This document shows positions 33,800 through 42,657 of a stretch of DNA of 64,000 nucleotides, in pieces. Location of the stretch: NCBI GenBank assembly GCA_025362675.1, contig JANYFN010000054.1, forward strand, positions 10,563 through 74,562, written 5' to 3'. The stretch's first letter is position 1; every line of letters begins with the position of its first letter. The notes under the pieces were generated by a model. It made no database searches, was not told where the DNA came from, and saw only the letters and a program-made list of their open reading frames with translations. Source of the stretch: Limisphaerales bacterium (GTDB lineage: Bacteria > Verrucomicrobiota > Verrucomicrobiia > Limisphaerales > UBA11358). Made by a program: the position numbers and the translations under genes.

Positions 33800-34522
33800 C
33801 TACCTTCCGAAGGCAAGCCGCTCCGCAAGCCGCTCGGGGAGGCCGGCGGCGAGAATTTTTTGCTGCGCGGCGGCGATATCATATTCGAGGCGGCGTAGTT
33901 CAATCGTCATTGCGCTCATGTCGTAAACAACGTAGGCGCATTTGGGATTGTTGTCGCGCGGCTGGCCGACAGCTCCGACGTTGATGAAATATTTTTTCGA
34001 CGGATCCACTTTGAACTTCGAGTAAGTGCCGCCGCGCACCATCGTATCGCGCATGAAGGCGACGGGAACGTGGGTGTGGCCGAAGAAGCACATCTGTGTG
34101 TTCTGATAGGGGAAACTGGCCGCGGCAGCGAGCTTGTCAAAGACGTAACCCCAGCGATCCGGGGCATCGAGCGTGGAGTGAACCATCGTGAAATTGGCGG
34201 CCATGCGCGTGTATTTTAAATCGCGGAGCCATTGTTTTTCTTCGGCAGAAAGTTGGTCCCGCGTCCAGTGGACGGCTTGGGCGGCATGGGGATTGAAACC
34301 GTCGAGCGGGTTGTCGGTCGAGCAGTATTCATCGTGGTTGCCCTTGACGCAGGGAATGTTCATATCGCGCACGATTTGGAGACATTCCTTTGGATTTGCA
34401 TTGTAGCCCACGACATCGCCGAGACATACGATGTGATCTACATTTTGAGCGCGAATGTCCTCCAAGACCACCTGGAAGGCTTCCAGATTCCCGTGAATGT
34501 CGGCGATGATGGCGTATTTCAT
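33800..34522 (-). CDS. Metallophosphoesterase (calcineurin-like, YfcE/MJ0936-type)
   Basis: 240 aa. It shows MKYAIIADIHGN..CLGDVVGY..GNHD..GHTH.. in the correct motif order. Confidence 0.85.
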   Translation of the reverse strand: MKYAIIADIHGNLEAFQVVLEDIRAQNVDHIVCLGDVVGYNANPKECLQIVRDMNIPCVKGNHDEYCSTDNPLDGFNPHAAQAVHWTRDQLSAEEKQWLRDLKYTRMAANFTMVHSTLDAPDRWGYVFDKLAAAASFPYQNTQMCFFGHTHVPVAFMRDTMVRGGTYSKFKVDPSKKYFINVGAVGQPRDNNPKCAYVVYDMSAMTIELRRLEYDIAAAQQKILAAGLPERLAERLAFGR

Positions 34523-34539
34523 TTACTACGAACTAAATC

Positions 34540-34839
34540 TTATCGGACGATTTCAAAACCACGAAACTCATTTTTTGCTGCGGCCCAATTTACTTGTTCG
34601 TCGCGGACAAATCCAGCAAGACCTGCATCTAAAATTGCGAGACGAAAACTTTCAAGTTCGTCACGAAGTCCTTCGGCGACGAGTTCCACGCGGCCATCCG
34701 CGAGGTTGCGGACGATGCCAGTGATTTCGAATCCGGTCGCGACGGTTTTGACGGTATAACGAAAGCCGACGCCTTGCACGCGTCCAGAATAATTAACTGA
34801 CAGGCGGCGGCGGTGAGTGTGGGCGTTGGCTGGCAGCAC
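34540..34839 (-). CDS. acyP: Acylphosphatase
   Basis: 99 aa with a GTG start. ..YSGRVQGVGFRYTVKTVA..GIVRNLADGRVELVAEG.. is the acylphosphatase signature. Confidence 0.85.
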   Translation of the reverse strand: MLPANAHTHRRRLSVNYSGRVQGVGFRYTVKTVATGFEITGIVRNLADGRVELVAEGLRDELESFRLAILDAGLAGFVRDEQVNWAAAKNEFRGFEIVR

Positions 34840-35008
34840 GCGCGCATGTAGCCATAGCCGGGAGCGTGGCGCAATGATTTTTGGTGCGAACTAATTGCAG
34901 TTTTTTTTGCTTTCTATTTGACCCGTGCCAAGATTTGCCATAATCAAATGCAGCGCCATTCCACAGAAATAGTTTTTTTCTAGGCCAGCGCATCCTAACG
35001 CACACGAC

Positions 35009-36883
35009 ATGCTGAATACCAAGTCATTTTTGACCGTTGATTTCGGAGCCGGGAGCTTGAAGCTCGCGGAATTTGAAACCAACGATGCGGGCGGGTTGAC
35101 GTTGAAAAATTTTGTCATCAAGCCGCTCGGATTGGAAGGATCTCAAGAAGCCACTCGCGAAAAAGCGATGCTCACGGCGTTGCAGGAAACACTTGCTGAA
35201 AAAACAATCAAGTCCAAATCCGTCAACGTCTGTGCGCCCGGCTTTCACGTCTTCTCAAAGTTTGTCAAACTGCCGCCGGTGGATGCTTCCAAAGTCGGAC
35301 AGATCATCCAATACGAGGCGCAGCAGAACGTTCCTTTCCCGCTCGCCGAAGTAGTGTGGGATTATCAAATCCTCGGCTCCGCACCGAGCGGCGAACTCGA
35401 AGTGCTGCTTGTAGCCGTGAAGTCGGACATCGTCGAAGGACTCTTCCGCGTGGTAGAGCAGTCGAAGCTGAAATTGAATTTATGCGATGCCTCACCGGCC
35501 GCGTTGTGCAACGCGTTCCGGTATAATTATGGCGAACTCGAAGATTGCACGATGCTGCTCGACATCGGTGCGAAGACGAGCAACTTACTATTCTTCGAAA
35601 AGGGTAAAGTTTTCTCCCGCAGCATTAACTTGGGTGCCAATACGATTACTCAGGATTTTGCCAACGAGGCTAAATTAAAATTTGACGAGGCAGAAAAAAT
35701 CAAGATTGCCGAGGGTTTTGTAAGTTTGGGTGGCGCGTATGAAGAGCCGGATAATCCGCATCAAGCGGCAATTTCCAAAATCGCGCGGCAGTTCATGACC
35801 AAACTGCATATCCAAGTAAATCAGACCCTGCAGTTTTATCGCGGCCAGCAGGGCGGCGGCGCTCCGCAGCGCTTATTTTTGTCTGGTGGCGCTTCAATCA
35901 TGCCCTATACGGCGCAATTTTTTGCCGAAAAATTGAATGTGCCGGTGGAATATTTTAATCCATTCCGCAATTTGCAGATTGACCCGGCGGTGAATCTCGA
36001 AGAGTTATCGCGAGTGGCCCACGGCATGGGCGAAGTTGTCGGTCTGGGCCTGCGAAACCTCGACAACTGCCCAGTCGAAATGAATTTGATGCCCGAGAGC
36101 ACGTTGCGCTGGCAGTCGTTCGACCAAAAGAAGCCATATCTTATCGCCACCGTATTCAGTCTTGCGCTCGTGGCGGGCGCAGTGGGTTTGATGTTCAGTA
36201 AACTTGCCACTAATAAGCAGGCGGAAGTAGATCGCTTGCAGCCGCAAGTCGCCGAACTAACGGCGAAAACTGATAAATTCAAGCAAGCCTTTTCAAAATT
36301 AAAAAAGACGGAGACCGAGGCGGATCAAGCGGCAAAATGGCTGGGGCAGCGTTATTATTGGGCTGATTTTATCTCCGAGATGCGGTTGGCGATGCTTCGT
36401 GCTGAGAGCGGCATCAAGAAAAAGTTGTCGGTCCAAAAAGCTGGCGTGGATACCGGAGTTTGGATTGAGCAGATGATTTCTTCCTCGACCATCGGTTTGG
36501 CCAGCGCGGGTGCCACCATGAGCGCACCGGTTCAGGGCAATCCCGAGTTCGCCCGCAACCTTTACCGTGAAGGAGGGATCCCTGGAGGAACGCCGCCGGG
36601 AATGCCGCCGGGAGGACCGCCAGTTCCGCCAACGGGTGAAGCGCCAGCGTCTGGGGCGGCGGCCACAAATTTAGTTACGTTCGTCTGCCGGGCCATTAGC
36701 CTCACCAGTGTGGATGCCTCGGCAAATCGGGATATTGCCTACGCCGTGCAGGAAGAAATCAAGGCTTCACCGTTGGTGAACCCCGCACAGACCACTCTCG
36801 ACGGCAGCATCATGACGGATGAGACCACCGGCACGTTCACCTTCACGTTGAAGGTCGCACCGCTGAACCCGTTAAATTTTTAA
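35009..36883 (+). CDS. pilM: Type IV pilus assembly PilM-PilN fusion protein
   Basis: 624 aa. The N-terminal ~355 aa form a PilM actin-like fold (..LTVDFGAGSLKLAEF..LLDIGAKTSNLLFF..LSGGAS..). Next come the PilN-type NLMPE motif, a TM helix (PYLIATVFSLALVAGAVGLMF) and a coiled coil. A periplasmic domain follows, interrupted by a Pro/Gly-rich stretch. Confidence 0.8.
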   Translation: MLNTKSFLTVDFGAGSLKLAEFETNDAGGLTLKNFVIKPLGLEGSQEATREKAMLTALQETLAEKTIKSKSVNVCAPGFHVFSKFVKLPPVDASKVGQIIQYEAQQNVPFPLAEVVWDYQILGSAPSGELEVLLVAVKSDIVEGLFRVVEQSKLKLNLCDASPAALCNAFRYNYGELEDCTMLLDIGAKTSNLLFFEKGKVFSRSINLGANTITQDFANEAKLKFDEAEKIKIAEGFVSLGGAYEEPDNPHQAAISKIARQFMTKLHIQVNQTLQFYRGQQGGGAPQRLFLSGGASIMPYTAQFFAEKLNVPVEYFNPFRNLQIDPAVNLEELSRVAHGMGEVVGLGLRNLDNCPVEMNLMPESTLRWQSFDQKKPYLIATVFSLALVAGAVGLMFSKLATNKQAEVDRLQPQVAELTAKTDKFKQAFSKLKKTETEADQAAKWLGQRYYWADFISEMRLAMLRAESGIKKKLSVQKAGVDTGVWIEQMISSSTIGLASAGATMSAPVQGNPEFARNLYREGGIPGGTPPGMPPGGPPVPPTGEAPASGAAATNLVTFVCRAISLTSVDASANRDIAYAVQEEIKASPLVNPAQTTLDGSIMTDETTGTFTFTLKVAPLNPLNF

Positions 36884-36884
36884 T

Positions 36885-37853
36885 ATGGGCTGGATCAAGC
36901 GAAATTTATTTTTTGTAGTCTGCGGAGTGGTATCCCTGTTACTACTTGGCGGCGCAGGGTATTACATCTGGTCTGAAAGCGCACGCAATGCGAAGGCTGG
37001 CGATGATTTAAATGAGGTATATTCCAAGCTAGATAGCTTGGCGAAGCAGGAGCCAAAACCAGGTAATGACAAAGTCAATAACACCGCGATCGCCAAGGAG
37101 CAAGAGCAGCAGTTGAGAGATTGGTTAAACTCCGCTTCAGCATATTTCCAGCCGATTCCTGGTATCCCTCCGGGCACAAATGTTAGCAGCAAAGATTATG
37201 GCACGGCGTTGAGCCGCACCGTCGATCAAATGTTGCACGCGGCCGATAGCGCAGGCATTACCTTGCCTCCCAAATACGGTTTTTCATTTGAGGCTCAACG
37301 TCAGCGCATGACGTTCGCGCCGGGAAGCGTGGATTTACTCGCCCAACAACTTGGTGAAGTTAAGGCGCTCACCGATATTTTGTTTGCCACACGAATCAAC
37401 GCGCTCGATAGCATTCAGCGTGTGCGGGTTTCCGAGGACGATGCCTTAGGTTCGCCGACAGATTATTTGGATCAACAACCGTTGACGAACGATCTCGCCA
37501 TTATTACGCCCTATGTCGTCACCTTTCGTTGCTTCACACCCGAATTGGCGCGGGTTCTAGTGGGATTTTCGAAAGGTTCAAACACGCTCATAGTAAAATC
37601 AGTCAATGTTCTCCCCGCTGGAGCTTCCGGAACGACACCTTTGGGAATGAGTGATGGCGGTGCCATGCCACCGATGCGAATCCAAGGTGAAGGTGGGCTT
37701 CCTGGTTACCCAGCTGGCTATTTTCCTGGTGGTGCCCAGTCGGTTGCCGCCGTGCCCGCTCCCGGTAAAGGCGGATTGCAAGCACTGTTGAAAGAACAGT
37801 TATTGCGGGTCGTCATCGAAGTAGATCTGGTTAAATTGTTGCCCAAAAGTTAA
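36885..37853 (+). CDS. Bitopic pilus-cluster protein, PilO position; Amuc_1100-like architecture
   Basis: 322 aa with the N-terminal TM helix NLFFVVCGVVSLLLLGGAGYYIW. Its size, gene position and blocks such as ..PYVVTFRCFTPELARVLVGF..LIVKSVNV.. and the C-terminal ..EQLLRVVIEVDLVKL recall Akkermansia Amuc_1100. That comparison is a recollection, not an alignment. Confidence 0.6.
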   Translation: MGWIKRNLFFVVCGVVSLLLLGGAGYYIWSESARNAKAGDDLNEVYSKLDSLAKQEPKPGNDKVNNTAIAKEQEQQLRDWLNSASAYFQPIPGIPPGTNVSSKDYGTALSRTVDQMLHAADSAGITLPPKYGFSFEAQRQRMTFAPGSVDLLAQQLGEVKALTDILFATRINALDSIQRVRVSEDDALGSPTDYLDQQPLTNDLAIITPYVVTFRCFTPELARVLVGFSKGSNTLIVKSVNVLPAGASGTTPLGMSDGGAMPPMRIQGEGGLPGYPAGYFPGGAQSVAAVPAPGKGGLQALLKEQLLRVVIEVDLVKLLPKS

Positions 37854-38654
37854 ATGGACTTCATCAAAAAAAATTACGAGAAAATCGTCCTCGGCCTAGT
37901 GCTAGCCGGGTTGGTGGGGGCCTTGGTTTTCATGCTGTTTTATATCAACTCTGACCGGCAAGAGATGGACGACAAACGGGTCAGCTTGACTAGTCCGAAA
38001 GTAACTCCGCTGACTAACCTTGATTTAACCATTCATGATGCCGTGTTCGCCAGGATGCGGTCGCCGCATGTGCTCGACTTTGAGACTGGCAATAAAGTTT
38101 TCAACCCTATGGAATGGCAGAAGGGTCCAGACGGAATGCCGATTCGCCACGACAATGTCGGCCCGCGCGCCTGTGTCGTCACTAATATAACGCCGCTATT
38201 TATGGTCATCACTTTTGACTCATTGACGACCAATGAACTGGGCGTGGCGCGCTACGCGTTAAAAGTTGAAAAGCAGGGCGCGGCGACGGCGGCAAAACGC
38301 CGCCCGCAACAACGATTCATTTCTTTGGGCGACAAGCCAAATGATTTTTTCTCACTGGTTGAAGTTAAGGGCGCACCCGAAAATCCGGAGTCGTTTTTGA
38401 TCAAGCTCGTTGATACCGGCGACACTGTCACGGTTTCGTCAGCCAAAGAAAATCCTTATCGCCGTGTAGATGGTTATACGGCGAGCTTCCGCTATGACTT
38501 GGAGCGCAAAACTTTTGTGAATCGCCGGGTGGGCGACAAAGTTACTTTTGGCGGCACGGATTACGTGGTGTCCGAGATCAATCAGAATGAATTGATTCTG
38601 GCTGACCAAACGAACCAGAAGAAAACTTCGCTGACATATTCGCCCGCCCCCTAG
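37854..38654 (+). CDS. Bitopic pilus-cluster protein, PilP position
   Basis: 266 aa. The ATG directly abuts the upstream stop. It has an N-terminal TM helix (IVLGLVLAGLVGALVFMLFYI). I recognise no family. It lies between the PilO-position gene and the secretin. Confidence 0.55.
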   Translation: MDFIKKNYEKIVLGLVLAGLVGALVFMLFYINSDRQEMDDKRVSLTSPKVTPLTNLDLTIHDAVFARMRSPHVLDFETGNKVFNPMEWQKGPDGMPIRHDNVGPRACVVTNITPLFMVITFDSLTTNELGVARYALKVEKQGAATAAKRRPQQRFISLGDKPNDFFSLVEVKGAPENPESFLIKLVDTGDTVTVSSAKENPYRRVDGYTASFRYDLERKTFVNRRVGDKVTFGGTDYVVSEINQNELILADQTNQKKTSLTYSPAP

Positions 38655-38714
38655 TGAACGCCCCGACAAATAATTATTGAATTTATTCAGATTTCAACCA
38701 ACCTCACTTTAGCC

Positions 38715-41669
38715 ATGATGAAAGCATTTACCATCTCACTCGCCTGTGCCGTTTTGTTGGCGCTCGAATCGAACGCCACCGCGCAAAATAGCGCCAAGGA
38801 TGACGCTGTCCGGCAAGCCATCCTGAACCAGCAGAGCACCATTTTACTGCGTCAGAAACTTGTCGAGGCCAAGGCCGCCATGCAACGCAACGATACCGCC
38901 GGTGCCGCCAAGCTTTATCAAGAAGCCTTCAAGTATACGAAAGAAATCGGTTCTGGTATTGACGCCGAGACCGCGCAGACTAAGGCCGGATTGGCCACGA
39001 CGCGATTGGCACTGGCGCGCGCCGCGCAAAGCCGGGGCGATTATCGCGAAGCTGGCGTGCAGATCGCACAGGTTTTAAATGCCGACCCTAAAAATGTTCA
39101 GGGGATCGCTTTAAAAAAACAAAATGACCAGATGCTCGCCGCCATGCAGGGGCATATTCCTTCGGCGGCCACGGTCGCTTTGATTCCTGACATCATGAAG
39201 GAAAAAGTCAATGCGGGCACGTTGGTTCAAGATGGAAAATTACTTTACGAAGCGGGCAAATTAGAAGAGGCCGAATTGAAATTGAAGGAAGGACTGAAGT
39301 TGGATCCTGACAATTCCGGAGCTTACACTTACTTAAATCTGATCAAGCAATCGAAACTATTGCGTGAATCCGCCCAACACGCCGTAGATACCCAGGACCG
39401 TATGGCTTCGGTTGAAAAGCAATGGGTGTTGCCAAAACCTACCGTTACGCTCGCACCCTACGGAAATCCGTATGCCACCAATACCATGATTTACACCGGT
39501 CCTGGTCGTCAGATGATTGTGGAAAAACTAAATCGCATCCGTTTGGAAAGCGTGACCTATGACGGCGTGCCGCTAAGTGAAGTTTTGCGGCAGTTGTCTG
39601 AAAAATCCCGACTTGCAGATCCCGACCGCAAAGGCATCAACTTTCTCATCAACCCAAATCCCGACCAATCAGGACAGGCGATTGCTGCGCCTACGGGTGG
39701 TTTTGGCGGCATCGGTGGACCATTGGGTGCTGCTCCCGCTGCCGGAATTCCGGCGGCAGTTGATCCGCAAACCGGCTTGCCAGTTGCAGGCCCCGGTGGC
39801 GCAACTGGTGGTGGCGGAAATTCCACCGAAGCACTGGACGCTGGGGCTTTCACGGTGAAGTTGAGCTTGGTTGATGTGCGCCTCACGGATGTTTTAGCTG
39901 CGATTATGGATGTGGCGCAAAATCCAAATCCCGGTGACCAACGCACCATCAAATATACTATCAAAGATTACGGTATAGTGTTTCAGGCGAAAGGTGTGGA
40001 ATCACCGCAAATGTTCACGCGTGAATTTAAGGTGGATCCAAATACTTTTTATTCTGGTCTTGAAAGTGTGAGTGCTACGAGCTTTGGCGGCAGCGGCACT
40101 AGCAGCGGCGGTGGTGGCGGCGGTGGTGGCGGTGGCAGCCGTGGCGGTGGCGGCGGCGGCGGTGGTAATCAACAAGGTGGTGGAGCTGTGGTTGGCGTTG
40201 TGAATCCTTTCGCGGGTGGCGGTAGCCTGCGCAATCAAGGTGGCCAAGGCGGCGGCGGTGGTGGCGGCGGTGGCGGTGGCCAAGGCGGTGGTAGTTTGTT
40301 GAACGCCACAGGTGCTGGTGGGGCGGCGGGTGGCGGCGGCGGCGGTCAGCAGAACCAAGGCGGCCTGAATTACATCACGACTCAAACGTCAGCCGCAACG
40401 CCGAGTTCACTGGCAATTCATTTTTTCACGACGCTCGGAGTTAATCTATCTGCGCCTCCCGGTAAGTCAGTTTTCTTTAACGACAAAAGCGGCAAATTGC
40501 TCGTCCGTGCGACAGAGCAGGATTTGGATACCATTGAACAGGCGATTCATGCTTTGAATGAAGTCTCGCCACAAGTTCATATCAAAACGCGCTTCATTGA
40601 AGTGCAGCAGAAAGACAACAAAGCGCTCGGCTTCGATTGGTATCTTGGCAATTTCATTAATGGAAATCTCATCGGCAACGGCGGCAGCGCCCCTTCATTG
40701 AATTCCCGCGTAGATCCGATTGCAAATCCGCTCGGAGCGTTCCCCGGAAATACAACTGCGAGCCTCATCCCGGGTTCGGCGAGCGACCAATTGGTGACTG
40801 GTGGCCTGCGCAATTCCGGTCCGGCACTAGCCACCTTGACCGGTATTCTGACGGATCCGAATTTCCGCGTCGTCCTTCGTGCACTCGAACAACGTGGCGG
40901 TTTTGAATCTCTCGGTGAACCCGAAGTCACCACGACCAGCGGACGCCAAACTCAGATGCGTGCGACGCAAATCATCAATGTTGTCACCGGTTTCAGTTTT
41001 GATAATGGATCAGCGGGTCAGGGATCAAACCAAGGCGGCAACACGGGCGGTGGCACGGGTAACGGAAATAACCAGACCATCAACCCTGGCACTTCCTCAG
41101 TTTCGCCGTCAACCCAACCGGTGGAAACTGGACCGATCCTCGATGTGGTTCCCTACGTTCTTTCGGACGGATACACTATCAATATGGCGCTGATTCCGTC
41201 GCTGACCGACTTCAATGGTTATGACACGATCTCCGCTGGTGAAATCCCTGGTTACAATCCTGGAACAGCCTTGGCTGGTGCTAACAACGGCACCACTCTC
41301 CCAGTGGCACTTCCGAAGTTCACGGTCCGCCAAGTTGTCACCACGGTTAACGTCTGGGACAATCAAACGGTCGCGTTGGGTGGATTGATCACGTCAACAG
41401 TTCAAAGCACCAAGGACAAGGTTCCGGTGCTGGGCGATATCCCGATGCTCGGTCGGCTTTTTCAAAGTCAGGCCAAGACTACCATCAAAAACAACCTCAT
41501 GATTTTTGTGACAGCCACCATCGTGGATCCCGCCGGCAATCGGGTTCATTCGGATGACGATCTGCCATTTGCCCAAGCGACTACGCCGACGCAACCTGAG
41601 GGCTACGGTGTTTTGAAAGAAGCCGGTTCGCAAAAAGTCAGTGCTGCCGCGCTTGCTCCGAAGCCGTGA
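38715..41669 (+). CDS. pilQ: Secretin (PilQ-like) with an N-terminal TPR region and an internal poly-Gly insert
   Basis: 984 aa with the signal peptide MMKAFTISLACAVLLALESNATAQ. TPR-like helices occupy aa 30-210. The C-terminal secretin core is ..QVHIKTRFIEVQQ.. and ..DKVPVLGDIPMLGRLFQS..NLMIFVTATIV... Confidence 0.88.
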   Translation: MMKAFTISLACAVLLALESNATAQNSAKDDAVRQAILNQQSTILLRQKLVEAKAAMQRNDTAGAAKLYQEAFKYTKEIGSGIDAETAQTKAGLATTRLALARAAQSRGDYREAGVQIAQVLNADPKNVQGIALKKQNDQMLAAMQGHIPSAATVALIPDIMKEKVNAGTLVQDGKLLYEAGKLEEAELKLKEGLKLDPDNSGAYTYLNLIKQSKLLRESAQHAVDTQDRMASVEKQWVLPKPTVTLAPYGNPYATNTMIYTGPGRQMIVEKLNRIRLESVTYDGVPLSEVLRQLSEKSRLADPDRKGINFLINPNPDQSGQAIAAPTGGFGGIGGPLGAAPAAGIPAAVDPQTGLPVAGPGGATGGGGNSTEALDAGAFTVKLSLVDVRLTDVLAAIMDVAQNPNPGDQRTIKYTIKDYGIVFQAKGVESPQMFTREFKVDPNTFYSGLESVSATSFGGSGTSSGGGGGGGGGGSRGGGGGGGGNQQGGGAVVGVVNPFAGGGSLRNQGGQGGGGGGGGGGGQGGGSLLNATGAGGAAGGGGGGQQNQGGLNYITTQTSAATPSSLAIHFFTTLGVNLSAPPGKSVFFNDKSGKLLVRATEQDLDTIEQAIHALNEVSPQVHIKTRFIEVQQKDNKALGFDWYLGNFINGNLIGNGGSAPSLNSRVDPIANPLGAFPGNTTASLIPGSASDQLVTGGLRNSGPALATLTGILTDPNFRVVLRALEQRGGFESLGEPEVTTTSGRQTQMRATQIINVVTGFSFDNGSAGQGSNQGGNTGGGTGNGNNQTINPGTSSVSPSTQPVETGPILDVVPYVLSDGYTINMALIPSLTDFNGYDTISAGEIPGYNPGTALAGANNGTTLPVALPKFTVRQVVTTVNVWDNQTVALGGLITSTVQSTKDKVPVLGDIPMLGRLFQSQAKTTIKNNLMIFVTATIVDPAGNRVHSDDDLPFAQATTPTQPEGYGVLKEAGSQKVSAAALAPKP
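40081..40365 (+). repeat. Coding (GGN)n low-complexity tract (poly-Gly with Q/N/S/R) inside the secretin
   Basis: It translates to ..FGGSGTSSGGGGGGGGGGSRGGGGGGGGNQQGGG..GGQGGGGGGGGGGGQGGG..GGAAGGGGGGQQNQGG... The DNA is runs of GGC/GGT. Confidence 0.9.
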
Positions 41670-42538
41670 GTCGGCTGTTGATCATTGATGGTCACGCCTA
41701 CGCCTACCGCGCGTTTCATGCCATCCGTGATTTGCGCGGGCCGCAAGGGCAGCCGACCAATGCAATTTACGGCTTCATTAAGATGCTGGAAAAAATGCGG
41801 CTGACGTTGGCCCCGAATTATTTGAGGGTGGTTTGGGATGGTGGGTTAAGTGCGGAACGGATGGCGGCGCTGCCAGGTTATAAGGCGCAACGCCCGGAAA
41901 TGCCGGATGATTTGCGGTTACAGTTTGATGAGATTTCCAGTTATTTGGAGGGGGCTGGCATCTCGGAATTTTGCGGTGATGGTATCGAAGCTGACGATTA
42001 TATCGGTTGTCTAGCGCAACAGGCAGCGACAAAAGTGAATGTTGTGATTGCCAGTTCGGACAAAGACTTTATGCAGCTTGTCACGGATCGCATCGGGCTT
42101 TTGAACCCCAATGACAAGTCCGGAGCGATTTGGGGGCGATCAGAAGTGTTCGCCAAAGCTGGTGTCGAGCCGGAACAGATAGTGGACTGGTTGGCTTTGA
42201 TGGGGGACACGGTGGATAACATTCCTGGTGTGCCGGGAGTGGGGCCGAAGACAGCGGCAATGTTGCTGAAACAGTTTGGCTCGGTTAAAGAAATTTATTC
42301 GCAATTGTCCGAAGTGAAGTCAGAGAAGACTCGTCTAGCCCTCAAAAATGCGGAGGCTGATGTCCTGAGAAATTTGGAGCTTGTGCGGCTACAGGCTGTG
42401 CCGCTTGAATTGGAACTTGAACAGTTGGTGGTTCGACAAGCGAACCAAGATAAATTGCGCGGTTTATTTGCGCGCTGGGGATTTAACGGAATGCTGGCTG
42501 CGGTGGGAAATATGTCGCAGCAGGCGGAGTTGATTTGA
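41666..42538 (+). CDS. Stand-alone 5'-3' exonuclease / flap endonuclease (Pol I N-terminal domain family)
   Basis: 290 aa. The GTG start overlaps the secretin stop (GTGA). (M)SRLLIIDGHAYAYRAFHAI.., ..SSDKDFMQLV.., ..GDTVDNIPGVPGVGPKTA.. are 5'-nuclease and H3TH motifs. Confidence 0.88.
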   Translation: MSRLLIIDGHAYAYRAFHAIRDLRGPQGQPTNAIYGFIKMLEKMRLTLAPNYLRVVWDGGLSAERMAALPGYKAQRPEMPDDLRLQFDEISSYLEGAGISEFCGDGIEADDYIGCLAQQAATKVNVVIASSDKDFMQLVTDRIGLLNPNDKSGAIWGRSEVFAKAGVEPEQIVDWLALMGDTVDNIPGVPGVGPKTAAMLLKQFGSVKEIYSQLSEVKSEKTRLALKNAEADVLRNLELVRLQAVPLELELEQLVVRQANQDKLRGLFARWGFNGMLAAVGNMSQQAELI

Positions 42539-42657
42539 AGAACATGAATTTGCCTAACAAGACCAACGGAATGTCCGGCGATGGTTACGTCGCCAGGGCC
42601 ACGTCAGGATTTTTTCGACAAATGCAACGACATGGTATATTTTTTCCGCGACTCACA

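Noticed and set aside
40081-40365. Highly repetitive GGC/GGT DNA considered as a CRISPR or non-coding tandem array
   Set aside because: It has no repeat-spacer periodicity. It is in frame within the secretin ORF and translates to a poly-Gly linker.
38715-41669. Secretin interpreted as a type II secretion GspD
   Set aside because: It is preceded by PilM/PilN-type genes, not gspC or gspE-M. The context is T4P-like. The substrate remains open.
42535-42657. TTG start at 42535 overlapping the exonuclease stop, which would imply translational coupling of the propeller gene to the exonuclease
   Set aside because: The 41 extra residues (MKNMNLPNKTNGMSGDGYVARATSGFFRQMQRHGIFFPRLT) would sit in front of a textbook signal peptide that begins at the ATG at 42658. 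A promoter-like TCGACA..TATATT lies inside the extension.
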